Source: Chiloscyllium plagiosum (Eukaryota). Taken from it: DNA of 64,000 nucleotides. Positions 50,803 through 63,044 of this stretch are shown in pieces (positions within the stretch are counted from its first letter, which is position 1; each line of letters begins with the position of its first letter). The stretch spans positions 4,651,280 to 4,715,279 of the forward strand of contig NC_057754.1 in assembly GCF_004010195.1 (NCBI RefSeq), written 5' to 3'. The position numbers were made by a program, and so were the translations under genes. The notes beneath the pieces were generated by a model. It was not told the origin of the DNA. It searched no databases and was given only the letters and a program-made list of their open reading frames with translations.

Positions 50803-51091
50803 TAGATTATTTACTTACAGTATGGAAACAGGCCTTCGGCCCAACAAGTCCACACCAACCCGCCACCCAGACCCATTCCCCTACATTTACCCCTGCACCT
50901 CACACTATGGGCCAATCCACCTGACCTGCACATTTTTTGGACTGTGGGAGGAAACCGGAGCACCTGGAGGAAACCCACGCAGACACAGGGAGAATGTGCA
51001 AACTCCACATAGTCAGTCGCCTGAGATGGGAATTGAACCCGGATCTCTGGCGCTGTGAGGCAGCAGTGCTAACCACTGTGCCACCGTGCCG
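50803..51091 (-). mobile_element. HE1 SINE
   Basis: Reverse complement starts GCGGCACGGTGGCACAGTGGTTAGCACTGCTGCC. Confidence 0.92.
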
Positions 51092-51634
51092 CTCGTTTAG
51101 TGATAGACTGTGCCTTCGAATTCCATTTTATTGCACATCTCCAGTAGCCCCTGAGAAGCTGACTTTTTCAATCTCTGCAGTCCTTATGGGTGAAATTACT
51201 CCCACACTGCTGTAGGTTAGGAATCCAAAGGGGTGAATTTTACCATCAATCGCCAAGTGCCAATTTCGGGGAGTTTCATGGAGGGTTTCTCTCCATGAGC
51301 TCTAGCAGGTTGTCTCCCACAATTCTCCATCGCTAATATATGCACCAAGCTTCTATGGTACGCGCTCTTGCTATCATATGGTCACTCATCACTGCTGAGC
51401 AATGCTCCCCTAATTTTATATTTTCCAGCATGCAGACGTCAGAGGTCTGTGCATGACATCAATCTCTGAAACCAGAAGTCGACGTGTCGGGAAGCCACTC
51501 GATGTGCATGGGACCTTGCAGCAGCTATGCTGCCACTAAAGGAACGTTGCTTCTGGGATCTTCTGGGATTTCTGCTGCCCCGCAGCGTATTTTATGCCCA
51601 GAGGTGTACCAGGTTAATCAATGCCCCTTACAGT

Positions 51635-52145
51635 GTCATAGAGTCTTACAGCATGGAAACAAGCCTTTAGCCTAATTCGTCTGTATTGACCAAGATTCCT
51701 AAACTGAACTAATCCCATTTACCTGCATTTGGCCCTTATCCCTCTAAACATTTCCCATCCATTTACCTGTTCAAATCTCTTTTAAATGTTGTAATTGCAC
51801 CTGCCTCTACCACTTTCTCTGGCAGCTCACCCTCTGTGTGAAAAAGATGCCCTTCATGTCTCTTAAATCCTTCCCCTCTCCCCTGAAACCTTCACTGTCT
51901 AGTTTTGGACTCCCCTACCATGGGGAAAAGACCTTTGCTATTCACCTTATCTATGCCTCTCATGATTTTATAAACCCCTATAAGGTCACCCCACAGTCTC
52001 CTACACGTCAGGGATAAAAGTCCCAGCCTATCCAGCCTCTCCTTACAACTCAAACCTTCCAGTCTTAATAACATCCTTGTAAATATTTTCTTGCACTCTT
52101 TCCAGTTTAATACCATCTTTTCTATAATATGGCTACCAGAATTGT
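51635..52145 (-). mobile_element. HER1/CR1 3' fragment
   Basis: FTRMLLRLEGLS...GDLIGVYKIMRGIDKVN. Confidence 0.88.
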
Positions 52146-52277
52146 ACGAAGGAAAATTAAAAAGAACAAGGTATGAGGGCATATATGTTGGCATGGATAC
52201 AATTCATTGCAAATAATATTCACTTTCTAACTTTTTTGCTACTCTGCCTATCTGATTGACTGTCATTATAGCAGCAA

Positions 52278-52800
52278 TGATGTGGAGGTGCTGGTGTTGG
52301 ACTACAGTGGACGAAGTCCAAAGTCACACAACACAGGCAACAGGTTTATTTAAAATCACAAGCTTTCAGAGTGCTGCTCCTTCATCAGGTGGTGGAGAAA
52401 GGTGTACAGGCACAGAATATATAGGCAGAGAGATAATGGCAAGATAATTTCAGGAAATTAAGAATGTACCAATAGTGTGATTAGAATTTGAACTTGTCCA
52501 TGAAAAGGTCTGCAAATTTGATCCCCATGGCTGTTCCGTGTGCCTAGATGAAGGGCTGGTTGTTGAAGGTGAAGAAGTTGTGGTCACGGATGCGTTTTTC
52601 AATGGCATTTGGCAATTGGCAGTTGTTGATGTTAAGTACTGAGGCTTTTGCAGTAATGCCGTCAACATGGGGGATGCTGGTGCAGAGTGCCAAAACATCC
52701 ATTTTGACTCATACTATTTGTACATTCTTATTTACCTGGAATTATCTTGTCATTATCTCTCCGCCTACATATTCTGTGCCTGTACGCTTTTCTCCATTGT
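52278..52800 (-). mobile_element. Rearranged Penelope-like element, family C, with RT remnant
   Basis: Minus-strand FTFNNQPFI*AHGTAMGIKFA; inverted blocks 52393-52445 and 52745-52796. Confidence 0.75.
52357..52391 (-). ncRNA. Minimal hammerhead ribozyme motif (family C), core intact
   Basis: CAC-CUGAUGA-A-GGAG-CAGCA-CUCU-GAAA-G-CUU-GUG. Confidence 0.65.
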
Positions 52801-53319
52801 GATTGCAGTCACAAGAAGGAAGCGACACAGGCTACCTGTCCTTATTGCTATTCCATGTTAGCATCCTGTCCACCGAGTGCAATTCTTTGCCTAAAATCCA
52901 GCATTGCCGAATTGCTTGTCATGGTTCAGGACTGTCTGTGGCCCAGTCCCCTGACTGACTAGGAAGGACAGATCTGATTGGTGAGTGACCAGACTTCTAA
53001 CTGATATGACTGATCTCCTGTCTGGTTGAATTGGTCCTGCAGGACCAAACGTGGCACATTCCCTGACTGTAATGATACGGAACCCCTGACCCTGCATCTC
53101 AAGTGCCCGGATGACCATGTCCATAATATTGGATGATGCCCTTTACCTATTGTGTGAGTACCACTGACTGATAACAGTTCCCCAAGAACTCCCGTTAGAC
53201 TTTGTGACATACTCATTTGATTGAATCACATTCAGTGTGTTTGCTGTCTAAGCTTCAGGCACATACTATAGGTGTGATATTGAAATATCACAGTGCTATA
53301 CAGCAACATGTCCAAAGCT

Positions 53320-54045
53320 TTGACTGAGAGTGTTGCTGAACAAAGAAACTTGGAGTGTAGGTTCATAGCTCCTTGAAAGTGGAGTTGCAGGTAGATGGGA
53401 TAGTGAAGAGGCGTTTGGTATGCTTTCCTTTATTGGTCAGAGTATTGAGTACAGGAGTTGGGACGTCATGTTGCAGCTGTACAGGATATTGGTTAGGCCA
53501 CTGTTCGAATATTGCGTTCAGTTCTGGTCTCCTTCCTATCGGAAAGATGTTGTGAAACTTGAAAGGGTTCAGAAAAGATTTATAAGGATGTTGCCAGGGT
53601 TGGAGGATTTGAGCTATAAAGAGAGGCTGAACAGGCTGGGGCTGTTTTCCTTGGAGTGTGAAGAGTGACCTTATAGAGATTTGCAAAATTATGAGGGCTG
53701 TGGATAAGGTAAATGGATAAAGTCTTTTCCCTGGGGTGGGGGAGTCCAGAACTAGAGGGCATAGGTTTATGGTGAGAGGGGAAAGATATAAAAGAGACCT
53801 AAGGTGCAACTTTTTCACATAGAGGGTGGTACGTGTATCGAAAGAGTTGTCAGAGGAAGTGGTGGAGGCTGGTACAATTGCAACATTTAAGAGGCATTTG
53901 GATGGGTATATGAATAGGAAGGGTTTGGAGGGATATGGGCTGGGTACTGACAGGTGGGACTAGATTGGGTTGGGATATCTGATCGGCTGAAGGGGTTGGA
54001 CTGAAGGGTCTGTTTCCGTGTTGTACATCTCTATGACTCTATGAT
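53320..54045 (+). mobile_element. HER1/CR1 3' fragment
   Basis: LVRPLFEYCVQFWSPSYRKDVVKLERVQKRF. Confidence 0.92.
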
Positions 54046-54120
54046 TATTGCTGGCAATCGTGACAAGCTGCCTGGCTGTATATCTGCACCAAAAGGAAAG
54101 TCAGGACAACAGTATGTGAG

Positions 54121-54895
54121 CCTGTAAGGTTTGAAAAAGGTGGCAATGTGCAAAAGGTAAAGAATGTGCATTCCTGGTATGCACAAAATGAGTGAGCACA
54201 AGGAGAGCAAGCTAACAGCCTTGAGATGCCTTGTGAAAATCACAGTTTGAGAACAGCCATTAAATAGCCCTGCACTGCAGGTAAAGGAAACCTCTTCAAT
54301 CTGAATACTGCCAACCAGCCAGTCACCGTTAAAACAAACAAATGAATTTCAGGCAATCTGCAAGTAAACCAAGAATCTCAAAATCAACTGCTCAGTGATT
54401 GACATTCCATAATCAACACATTATGAACAACCCAGAAATCAAATTGCATATCCTTTCCTTACTTATTTTTTGGACTCACTTCGCATTTCTAATCTGTGTG
54501 TATATATGTTGCATTATTATTTCTTCTTCTGTTTAGAAATAATAAATCCACTTTTTTGTTAACTCAAAAAAGGCTGGTTAAATTGGCTTCTTGAGGAAGG
54601 GTCACTGGACCCGAAACATTAACTGTGATTTCTCTCCACAGATGCTGCAAGATATGCTGAGCTTTTCCAGCAATTTGTTTTTGTTTCTGATTTACAGCAT
54701 CCACAGTTCTTTCAGTTTTTGTACATTTATTTTGTCTGAGAGGAAGGTATTCACAAAGGAAGAGATCCTTCTCTTAAATTAATCTTGTTAAGACCAGCGG
54801 AGGTCGTAATTAAAGAACAGTTCATAATTCCTCACTTGAAAACGTCGTGATTTTGGGTTTCCCACCTGGACCTTGCCCAGCGATTGGTTATAACA
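54121..54895 (+). mobile_element. LTR-like repeat (family of 20856-21724) with family B insert 54590-54720
   Basis: Shared colinear blocks; ends ...TATAACA. Confidence 0.5.
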
Positions 54896-55654
54896 TTAGC
54901 AGATTTGGAACTAGAATGAGGACGTGAATGGCTTCCTTCTGTGCTATATCATTTTAGAATTCTCTTAATAGCATATTTTTCATATTGAAATGCTTGATAA
55001 GTACAACTTCCTTTGTGTGTGAGCCTGTGTAGGGACTGCTCACTATCACCCGGAGTGCAAGCTGTCAGTGGTTGATTTAGGGAATAGCTGCTATTGCCTT
55101 TCCCTTTCATAATAAGATGAACTCAGTACACACTGGGAAAGTGTCCATATTGCTCTGTCTGACAAGATACCAAAGTTTCCTTCATTTGACACTGCCAAGA
55201 GCAATAAGTATCCTAGGTAACAATATATTACTCAGCTCTGAAATGACAGCTTGCTTAATGCAATACTGGAGTTATTGAGTTTACACTCCTCCAATTCTGT
55301 GTGTTGTGAGTTCTCAATGGCTTTAAAATTATACTAAGCAATAAGTGGTCAAATGCTTACATGTTTGTTTGAAATTGCTTTATTCACTGTTTTACTAGAG
55401 ACATTAGCCTGTTCAAAATGAATTGTGCTAAACAGCATAAATAGAATTGAAGTTGAAGATCTCAGGTTCATTCACTCGTACCCTGGAGCACAATTTCAAG
55501 GATGGTCCTTTACTATTTATCAGAAACAAAGAATTTCCCATGAAAGTATAAAAAATCCTTTCAGCTCTGACTGGGAATTATTTGAAATGTTGTGCCAAGA
55601 TGGCAGAGGCAAAAACAACCTTATTGTTCAAAATATAATGGTTGTTTAGATTTT

Positions 55655-56370
55655 TTTTGTTTATTCACAGGATATGGGCCTTGCTGACTCGGCCAGCATG
55701 TATTGCCCACCCACAATTACCCTTGAGGAGATGGGTGGTGATCTTCCACCTTCAATTACTGCAATCCCTGGGGTAGAGTATATCCACAGTTCTCTGAGTG
55801 ACAGAGTTCCAGGATTTTGACCCAGCAACAGTGAAGGAACAGCTAATATTGTTCCAAGTCAGAGTGATGTGCACCTTGGAGGGGAATTTGTGGTTGTAAT
55901 TTCTATGTATTTGCTACCCTTGTCACTTAAGAAGCTTTAGTGAGTTATTCCAGTGTATCTTGTAGGGGTGGGGGAGTTGGGGGGAACGATTACTGAATTT
56001 TAAAGGAGTTAGATGGGGTCCCAGTCAAGTGGCCTTCTTTGTCTTGAATGGTGTCAAGCTTTTTGAGTGTTGTTGGAGCAGCACTCATTTAGGCAAGTGG
56101 ACAGTATTCCATCACATTGTGCCTTGCAAATGATGGGCAGACTTTGAGAAGTCAGGCGTTAAGTTACTTGCCACAAAATACTTAGTTTCTGACAGGCTTT
56201 TGTAGTCACAGTGTTTTTATGGCTGGCGCAGTTCAATTTTTGGTCAATGGTCACACTCAGGATTTTGATTGCAGGGAATTCAATGATGATAAGTCCATTA
56301 AATGCCAAATGATGATGATTGGATTCTGTCTTGTTGAGAGATAGTCACTGCCTCTCATTCTGGTGTGCAT
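55655..56370 (-). mobile_element. Old CR1/L2-type LINE 3' fragment
   Basis: Colinear with 45745-46110 (GTTCCAGGATTTTGACCCAGCAACAGTGAAGGAAC). Confidence 0.75.
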
Positions 56371-56429
56371 AGGTCACTTGAATGACAACTTTTAAGAAAC
56401 CGGAGCATTAATACTCATCATCATCAAAG

Positions 56430-56620
56430 AATTCTCACAGTATGGAAACAAGCCATTTGGCCTAACAAGTCCATATCAACCCTCCAAAGAGCATTCCCCC
56501 CCAGACCCATCCCCCTACCCTATTCCTGTAACCCTGTATTTCCTGCAACTAACCTATACATATTTAAACACTGTGGGCAATTTAGCATGGCCAATACACC
56601 TAACTTGCACATCTTTGGAC
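56430..56620 (-). mobile_element. HE1 SINE 3' half
   Basis: GGGCAATTTAGCATGGCCAAT...CACATCTTTGGAC. Confidence 0.8.
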
Positions 56621-56782
56621 AGGCCATTAGTTTTCTTATTTATCTTATGGTTTATTTTGTTAAAGAGTGAGCATAAAGTTAAATGGCAAGTCAGCTTTGA
56701 GTTGCTTGGGTAACCAGTATTTGAGAATTTGTGCTCCTTCACCACTGTCCTTGCTGATCTTCACTGCTTCAAGTTCACCAAT

Positions 56783-56828
56783 ATCTCTGTCTGTCTCTCT
56801 CTCTCTCTCTCTCCTCTCTCTTCCTCCC
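56783..56828. repeat. (CT)n microsatellite
   Basis: TCTCTGTCTGTCTCTCTCTC... run. Confidence 0.9.
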
Positions 56829-57102
56829 TGTTGCTGTCGCTTGTGTAATAGATATGCAGCCTGAGCAGCTTTTTGAGAAATTAGTGTTTGGGATTTCTAT
56901 TGGCCTTTGTGTGAATCTGTGCTTTCCGACCTGAATGACTTGGTTCTGACTTTAAGCTTATACTTCCCTTTTCTGGACTTTGCTGCCAAAAACAACAGTG
57001 GGACCAACTTTATTTTTCAAAGAGCAGGAATGATGTTCTGAATGGCCTCCTTCTACCTGTTTCTAGACATCCATATTGATGATTTTTATAAACATAGGAA
57101 TA

Positions 57103-57915
57103 CAGTTGTCTCCCCGTATACGTAGGTGATATGTTCCAACGCCTACCACGGACGTATGAAACTTGGGATAGTAGTGAACCCTATCATTAAATGGGAAACT
57201 TACCTCCCCGACAGTTGCCTGGAATTATTTTTGGAATGTTCGAGGTCATGTTGCGGCTGTACAGGATATTGGTTAGGCCACTGTTGGAATTGTGTGCAAT
57301 TCTTGTCTTCTTCCTATCGGAAAGATGTTGTGAAACTTGAAAGGGTTCAGAAAAGATTTACAAGGATGTTGCCAGGGTTGGAGGATTTGAGCTACAGGGA
57401 GAGGCTGAACAGGCTGGGGCTGTTTTCCCTGGAGCGTCAGAGGCTGAGGGGGTGACCTTATAGAGGTTTACAAAATTATGAGGGTCATGGATAGGGTAAA
57501 TAGGCAAAGTCTTTTCCCTGGGGTCAGGGAGTCCAGAACTAGAGGGCACAGGTTTAGGGTGAGAGGGGAAAGATATAAAAGAGACCTAAGGGGCAACTTT
57601 TTCACACAGAAGGTGGTACGTGTATGGAATGAGCTGCCAGAGGATGTGGTGGAGGCTGGTACAATTGCAACATTTAAGAGGCATTTGGATGGGTATATGA
57701 ATAGGAAGGGTTTGAGGGACATGGGCCGGGTGCTGGCAGGTGGGACTAGATTGGGTTGGGACATTTGGTCGGCATGGACGGGTTGGACCAAAGGGTCTGT
57801 TTCCATGCTGTACATCTCTATGACTATTACTCTATGTAATATTTTCGGGCCATGGTAAACCGCAGATAACTGAAACTTCAGAAACCAAATCTGTGGATAT
57901 GTGGGGGTTCAACTG
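57103..57915 (+). mobile_element. Tigger/pogo-type MITE (MER44/Tigger7-like), interrupted by HER1 57235-57825
   Basis: TA|CAGTTGTCTCCCCGTAT ... ATATGTGGGGGTTCAACTG|TA imperfect TIRs; subterminal GATATGTTCCAA and AATATTTTCGG...TAACTGAAAC match remembered MER44 ends. Confidence 0.75.
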
Positions 57916-58444
57916 TATAGGAATTAGGAACGGAAGTAGACAATTAAGCCCTTTGAGTCCACCATTAAATGATCATGGCTGATCTTATCCTGATCTCAAC
58001 TCCACTTTTCTGTCTGCTCCAAATAGCCTCTTATCCCACTTTTCATCAGAAACATATCAATTTCTTTCTTGAATCTGTTGATTGATTCTGCCTACACTGC
58101 ACTCTGGGGCAGGGAGTTCCATGATTCAAAATTCTCTGAGAGAAATAGTTTCTCCCGATCTCTGTTTTGAACCTATTTCCTCTCACTCTATATCTATCAC
58201 CTCCTTTTTGGACTATCCAATAAGGGAGAACATTAGTTCAAAGTCTACTTTATTAGTCCCCTTTAGGTCTCTATATACCTCAAACAGATTCCCCCTCATT
58301 CTTCTGGACTGTAGCGAGAACAATCCCAAGCTATTCAACTGCTTCTTGCACGACAGCCTTTTTGTACCTGGAATCAATCTGGTGAACCTCCTCCGAACTG
58401 CCTCCATTGCTACTAGAAGGAAGGAGACCAAAACTGGAAACAAA

Positions 58445-60183
58445 CATACTAAATGAGTATTTTGCATCAGTGTTTACTATGGAGAAGGACATGGAAGATA
58501 TAGAATGTTGGGAAATAGATGGTGACATCATAAAAAAATGTCCATATTACAGAGGAGGAGGTGCTGGATGTCTTGAAATGCATAAAAGTGGATAAATCCC
58601 CAGGACCTGATCAGGTGTACCCTAGACCTCTGTGGGAAGCGAGGGAAGTGATTGCTGGGCCCCTTGCTGAGATATTTGTATTATTGATAGTCACAGGTAA
58701 AGTGCCGGAAGATTAGAGGTTGGCTAACGTGGTGCCACTGTTTAAGAAAGGTGGTAAGGAAAAGCCAGGGAACTATAGACCAGTGAGCTTGACATCGGAG
58801 GTGCACAAGTTGTTGGATGGAATCCTGAGGGACAGGATTTACATTTATTTGGAAAGGCAGGGACTGATTAGGGATAGTCAGCGTGGCTTTGTGCGTGTGA
58901 AATCATGTCTCACGAACTTGATTGAGTTTTTTGAAGAAGTTACAAAGAGGATTGATGAGGGCAGAGTGGTGGATATGATCTGTATGGACTTCAGTAAGGT
59001 GTTCGACAAGGTTCCCACGGGAGACTGGTTAGCATTTTTAGATCTTAGATCTCATGGAATACAGCCATTTGGACACAGAACTGGCCAAAGGTAGAAGATA
59101 GAGGATGGTGGTGGAAGTTAGCTTTTCAGACCGGAGTCCTGTGACCAGTGGTGTGCCACAAGAATGGGTACTGGGTCCACTGTTTTTCGTCATTTACATA
59201 AATGATTTGGGTGTGAACATAGGAGGTATAGTTAGTAAGTTTGCAGTTTCACCAAAATTGGAGGTGTAGTGGACAGCAAAGAAGGTTACCTCAGAGTAAA
59301 ACGTGATCTTGATCAGATGGGCCAATGGTCTGAGGAGTGGCAGATGGAGTTTGATTTAGATAAATGTGAGATGCTGCATTTTGAAAAGGCAAATCAGAGC
59401 AGGACTTATACATTTAATGGGGAGATCCTGGGGAGTGTTGCTGAACAAAGAATCCTTGGAGTGCAGGTTCATATTTCCTTGAAAGCGGTGTCACAAGTAG
59501 ATACGCTAGTGAAGATGGCATTTGGTATGCTTTCCTTTATTGGTCAGAGTATTGAGTACAGGAGTTGAAGGTCAGCTTGTGGCTGTAGAAGACATTGGTT
59601 AGGCCACCTTTGGAATATTGCATGCAATTCTAGTCACCCTCCTATTGGAAGGATGTTGTGAAACTTTAAAGGGTTCAGAAAAGATTTACAAGGATGCTGC
59701 TAGGACTGGATGACTTGAGTTATAGGGAGAGGTTGAATAGGCTGGGGCTGTTTTCCTTGGAGCGTCGGAGGCTGAGGGGTGACCCTATAGAGGTTTATAA
59801 AATCATGAGGGGCCTGGATAGGATAAATGGACAAGGTCTTTTCCTGGTGGGGGGAGGGGGGGAGGAGGGGGGGAGGCAGACCAAAGGGCTTGGGTTTAGG
59901 GTGAGAAGGGAAAGATATAAAAGGGACCTAAGGGGCTACTTTTTCACACAGAGAGTGGTGTGTGTATGAAATGAGCTGCCACAGGAAGTGGTGGAGGCTG
60001 GTATAATTACAACATTTAAAAGGCAGGCACCTGGGTTTATGTATGAATAGGGAATGTTTAGAGGGGTATGGGCTAAGTGCTGGCAAATGGGACTAGATTA
60101 GATTCAGATATTTGGTCGGCATGGATGAGTTGGACCGAAGGGTCTGTTTCTATGCTGCACATCTCTGTGACTCTATGACTCTA
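58445..60183 (+). mobile_element. HER1/CR1 LINE, RT to 3' end, disrupted
   Basis: ANVVPLFKKG...NYRPVSLTS...KSCLTNL...MDFSKVFDKVP; CTCTATGA-type tail. Confidence 0.93.
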
Positions 60184-60227
60184 ATTCTGCAGGTGTGGTC
60201 TCACCAATGCCTTACATAATTGTAGCC

Positions 60228-61410
60228 ATGCTGTGGAGGTGCTGGTGTTGGTCTGGGGTGGATAAAGTTAAAAGTCACACAACACGAGGTTGTAGTCCAA
60301 CAGGTTTATATGGAAGTACAAGCTTTTGGAGCACTGCTGCTTCGTGAGGTAGCCAGTGGAGCAGGATCATAGGACACAGAATTTATTGTAAAAGGTCTAA
60401 GTGTCATACAACTGATGCGATGAATTGAATAAACCTAGATTGCTATTAAGTCTTTAGTTACTTAGAATGGGTTGCAGGTTTCGATTCATTAATATGTAAA
60501 TACCAGAACTTCTTTCAAGTCACATTACAAAGATAACTTAAGGTTTTATATAAAAAAAGGTGCCATCTTAGCTCAGATAATGCATTAAGAGTGTGAGGTT
60601 AGAATCTGTCTGTATTCCAACTTGGAGTCAGACTGTTTCAATTTCCAAAGTAGGAATTTATAAAATGTCACATAGACTGACTGCCTACAGATTGCGTGCT
60701 TTTTGAACAAAATAGAATGTATCTGCAAATACAAATCTGCAAATGTAAAATTCACCCCATAGTCTTATATGCGTGTGTGTGTGTGCACGCATGTGGGAGA
60801 GAATGTGTGAGTGTGTGTGCGCGCACGAGTGTGATGGAGTATATGCCTGTGAGAGGGGGTGTGTGTGTAAGTGTGTGTGTGTCTGAGAGAGAGCTTGTGT
60901 ATGAGAGAGGGTCTGCATCAGTGTGTGAGTGTGATCATGTGTAAGAGTGTGCGATTGTGTGTGAGTGTGTATAGTGTACTGGGGTCTCCTGTAGTGTGAC
61001 GTGAACCCAAGATCCTGGTTGAGGCTGTCCTCATGTGTACCGAACTTGGCTATCAGCCTCTGCTTGGTGACTCTGTGTTGTTGCATATCCCGATGTCCAT
61101 TTTGGTGGAAAATCACCTGAAAGTCTGAGGCTGAATGTCCTTAACCGCTGAAATGTTCCCTTCAGGTAACATCACTGTCTGGCGATTGTTGCGCAGTATC
61201 CAATCATCTGTTGTGGTGTCTGCTTGGTCTCGGCAAAATACCATGCCTCGGAGCATCCTTGCCTCTGCTTGGTCTTGCGAATGTATGGGATCTTTTACTA
61301 TAAATTCAGTGTCCTAAGATCCTGCCCCAGTAGCTAGCAGTGCTCCGATAGCTTGTATTTCCAAATAAATCTGTTGGACTATAATCTGGTGTTGTGTGAT
61401 TTTTAACTTT
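60228..61410 (-). mobile_element. Penelope-like element, family C (GIY-YIG C-terminus, (CA)n-rich 3' region, inverted end)
   Basis: RVTKQRLIAKFGTHEDSLNQDLGFTSHY; arms 60262-60335 and 61338-61410. Confidence 0.8.
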
Positions 61411-62305
61411 ATGTAATTGTAACAACATTACTTAAATGATCCAGTCGTTTCATAATTTGCTTTTCTTATTCTGTGCTGTACCTGCATACCCACTTTCTGT
61501 AATTCATGCACAAAGACACCCAGATCCCTCTGCACTGACACACTGAATCTGCTTTCCATTTAAATAATAATTTGCACTTTTATTTTTCTGTCCAAAATGG
61601 ACAACAACTTTACATACCACTTGGTCCTGTTCTTTCTATAAAATCATTTAATTATCTTAAATACCTGTGTCAACATAATGTTTTTCATAACCTTAGGATT
61701 ACCAAAAGCATCTGATGACAATGAATTAATTTTAAAATTGTCACTCTCATGTTAAAAATGTGCCAAACAGTTTGTGCACAGTTAGATCCTGCGAAATACA
61801 ATGTGACAATGACTAGTTCATTTGATTTCATGGTGTAGATTGAGGTGAATATTGGTTCCAGAACTTTGTTTGTCAATGGACTCTTACCTGTGAAGGTAGT
61901 TGGGAGGTTCTCAGTTTACTATCCCATCCGAAAGATGGCACCTCTGACAGTACAATGTACCCTTAGTTTTAGAGAAGTATTCAGCTGTGACTTGGTGGTT
62001 GAACTCTTTCCCCCTCTGAGTTGGAAGATTGTGTTCAAATCCCACTCCAGATCTTGTGGGCAAAAGTCAAGGCAGGCACGCCAATGCAATACAGAAAGGG
62101 CACCATGTGGCTATCTTTTGGAGAAAACATTAAACCAATGCTGTAGCTGTCCCGTCAGGTGTGCATCAAAGATCTCTTGGCAGTATATAAATGCTGTAAT
62201 TTGCTTTTCTCATCCCAGGTCAGTGGTGGGAGTGTCAGCCTGGATGTTAATGCTTTGGCACTGTCCATGCAATGTAATACTTCATAAAAACTGCAAGAGC
62301 TGTGA

Positions 62306-62531
62306 ATGCTGGAAATCAGAAACAAGAACAGAAATTGCTGAAAAAGCTCTGCAGGCCTGGCAGAATCTGTGGAGAGAACTCAATGTTTCGGTCCAGTGAC
62401 CCTTCCTCAGAATCAAAAGACAGCCATGTGGTTCTGAGGAAGGGTCACTGGACTCCAAAGCGTAACTCTGGTTTCTCTTGAGGATGCTGCCAGACCGGCT
62501 GAGCTTTTTCCAGCAATTTCTGTTTTTGTTT
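62306..62531. mobile_element. Family B palindromic element with two inverted hammerhead motifs
   Basis: Minus arm CTGAGGA-A-GGGTC-ACTG-GACC-GAAAC (62383-62410); plus arm 62431-62466 degraded. Confidence 0.8.
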
Positions 62532-62774
62532 GTGGCAATAAAATACTTCTATTTGCAGTGTGTAAATTTAAGACAGTGTGATTTGAAAGACATTTAATTG
62601 CTGATGTTCTGTCTGGCCCCAGAATTGGGGACCATTTATCGCTCATGCTTGGAAGGTTCCAATGGGCTCATGCATTTAGTGGCGCCCTTGAAATCTGAGC
62701 TGTAAGAATACTTTTTGCCTCCGAAGAAACCTGCAGAATATAATACAATGAATGAAATTCGTCTTTCCACTCAC

Positions 62775-62977
62775 CAGTGCCCGGTGCATGCTCCAAATAG
62801 TGCAGTTGACGATGAACTTAGAAGCAACAGTGGCTTTATGTTCCCCATCCATTCCTCGGCGATGGTCCAGGCGACGCCTTTCCCGCCAGAGTTTCGAGCC
62901 GGGTCCACGTGCGGGAAGCGGTGGCGGTTAAAATAGGAAAACGGGCGCTAGGTAAAACAACAACAACAACAAAACCT
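62775..62977 (-). CDS. Candidate exon 2 (203 nt): signal-peptide-like (M)EVLLLLLFYLAPVFLF*, then ...KFIVNCTIWSMHRAL
   Basis: Strong acceptor and GTGAGT donor; phase 1 in, phase 0 out; one in-frame TAA at 62930-62928. Confidence 0.55.
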
Positions 62978-63044
62978 CTGAAACAGAAGGGTGGGAATGT
63001 TGTATTTGGGGAGGACCAGTAAAAATATGAGGTAAAACACTCAC

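Larger units (their letters stand above)
57918..61610 (-). mobile_element. Older CR1 fragment split into three pieces (57918-58440, 60184-60227, 61411-61610) by later insertions
   Basis: AMEAVRRRFTRLIPG...LGLFSLQSRRMRGNLFEVY; homology resumes after each insert. Confidence 0.7.

Noticed and set aside
10078..51091. tRNA genes suggested by A/B boxes
   Set aside because: All are heads of HE1 or other SINEs continuing into SINE bodies; none forms a full cloverleaf.
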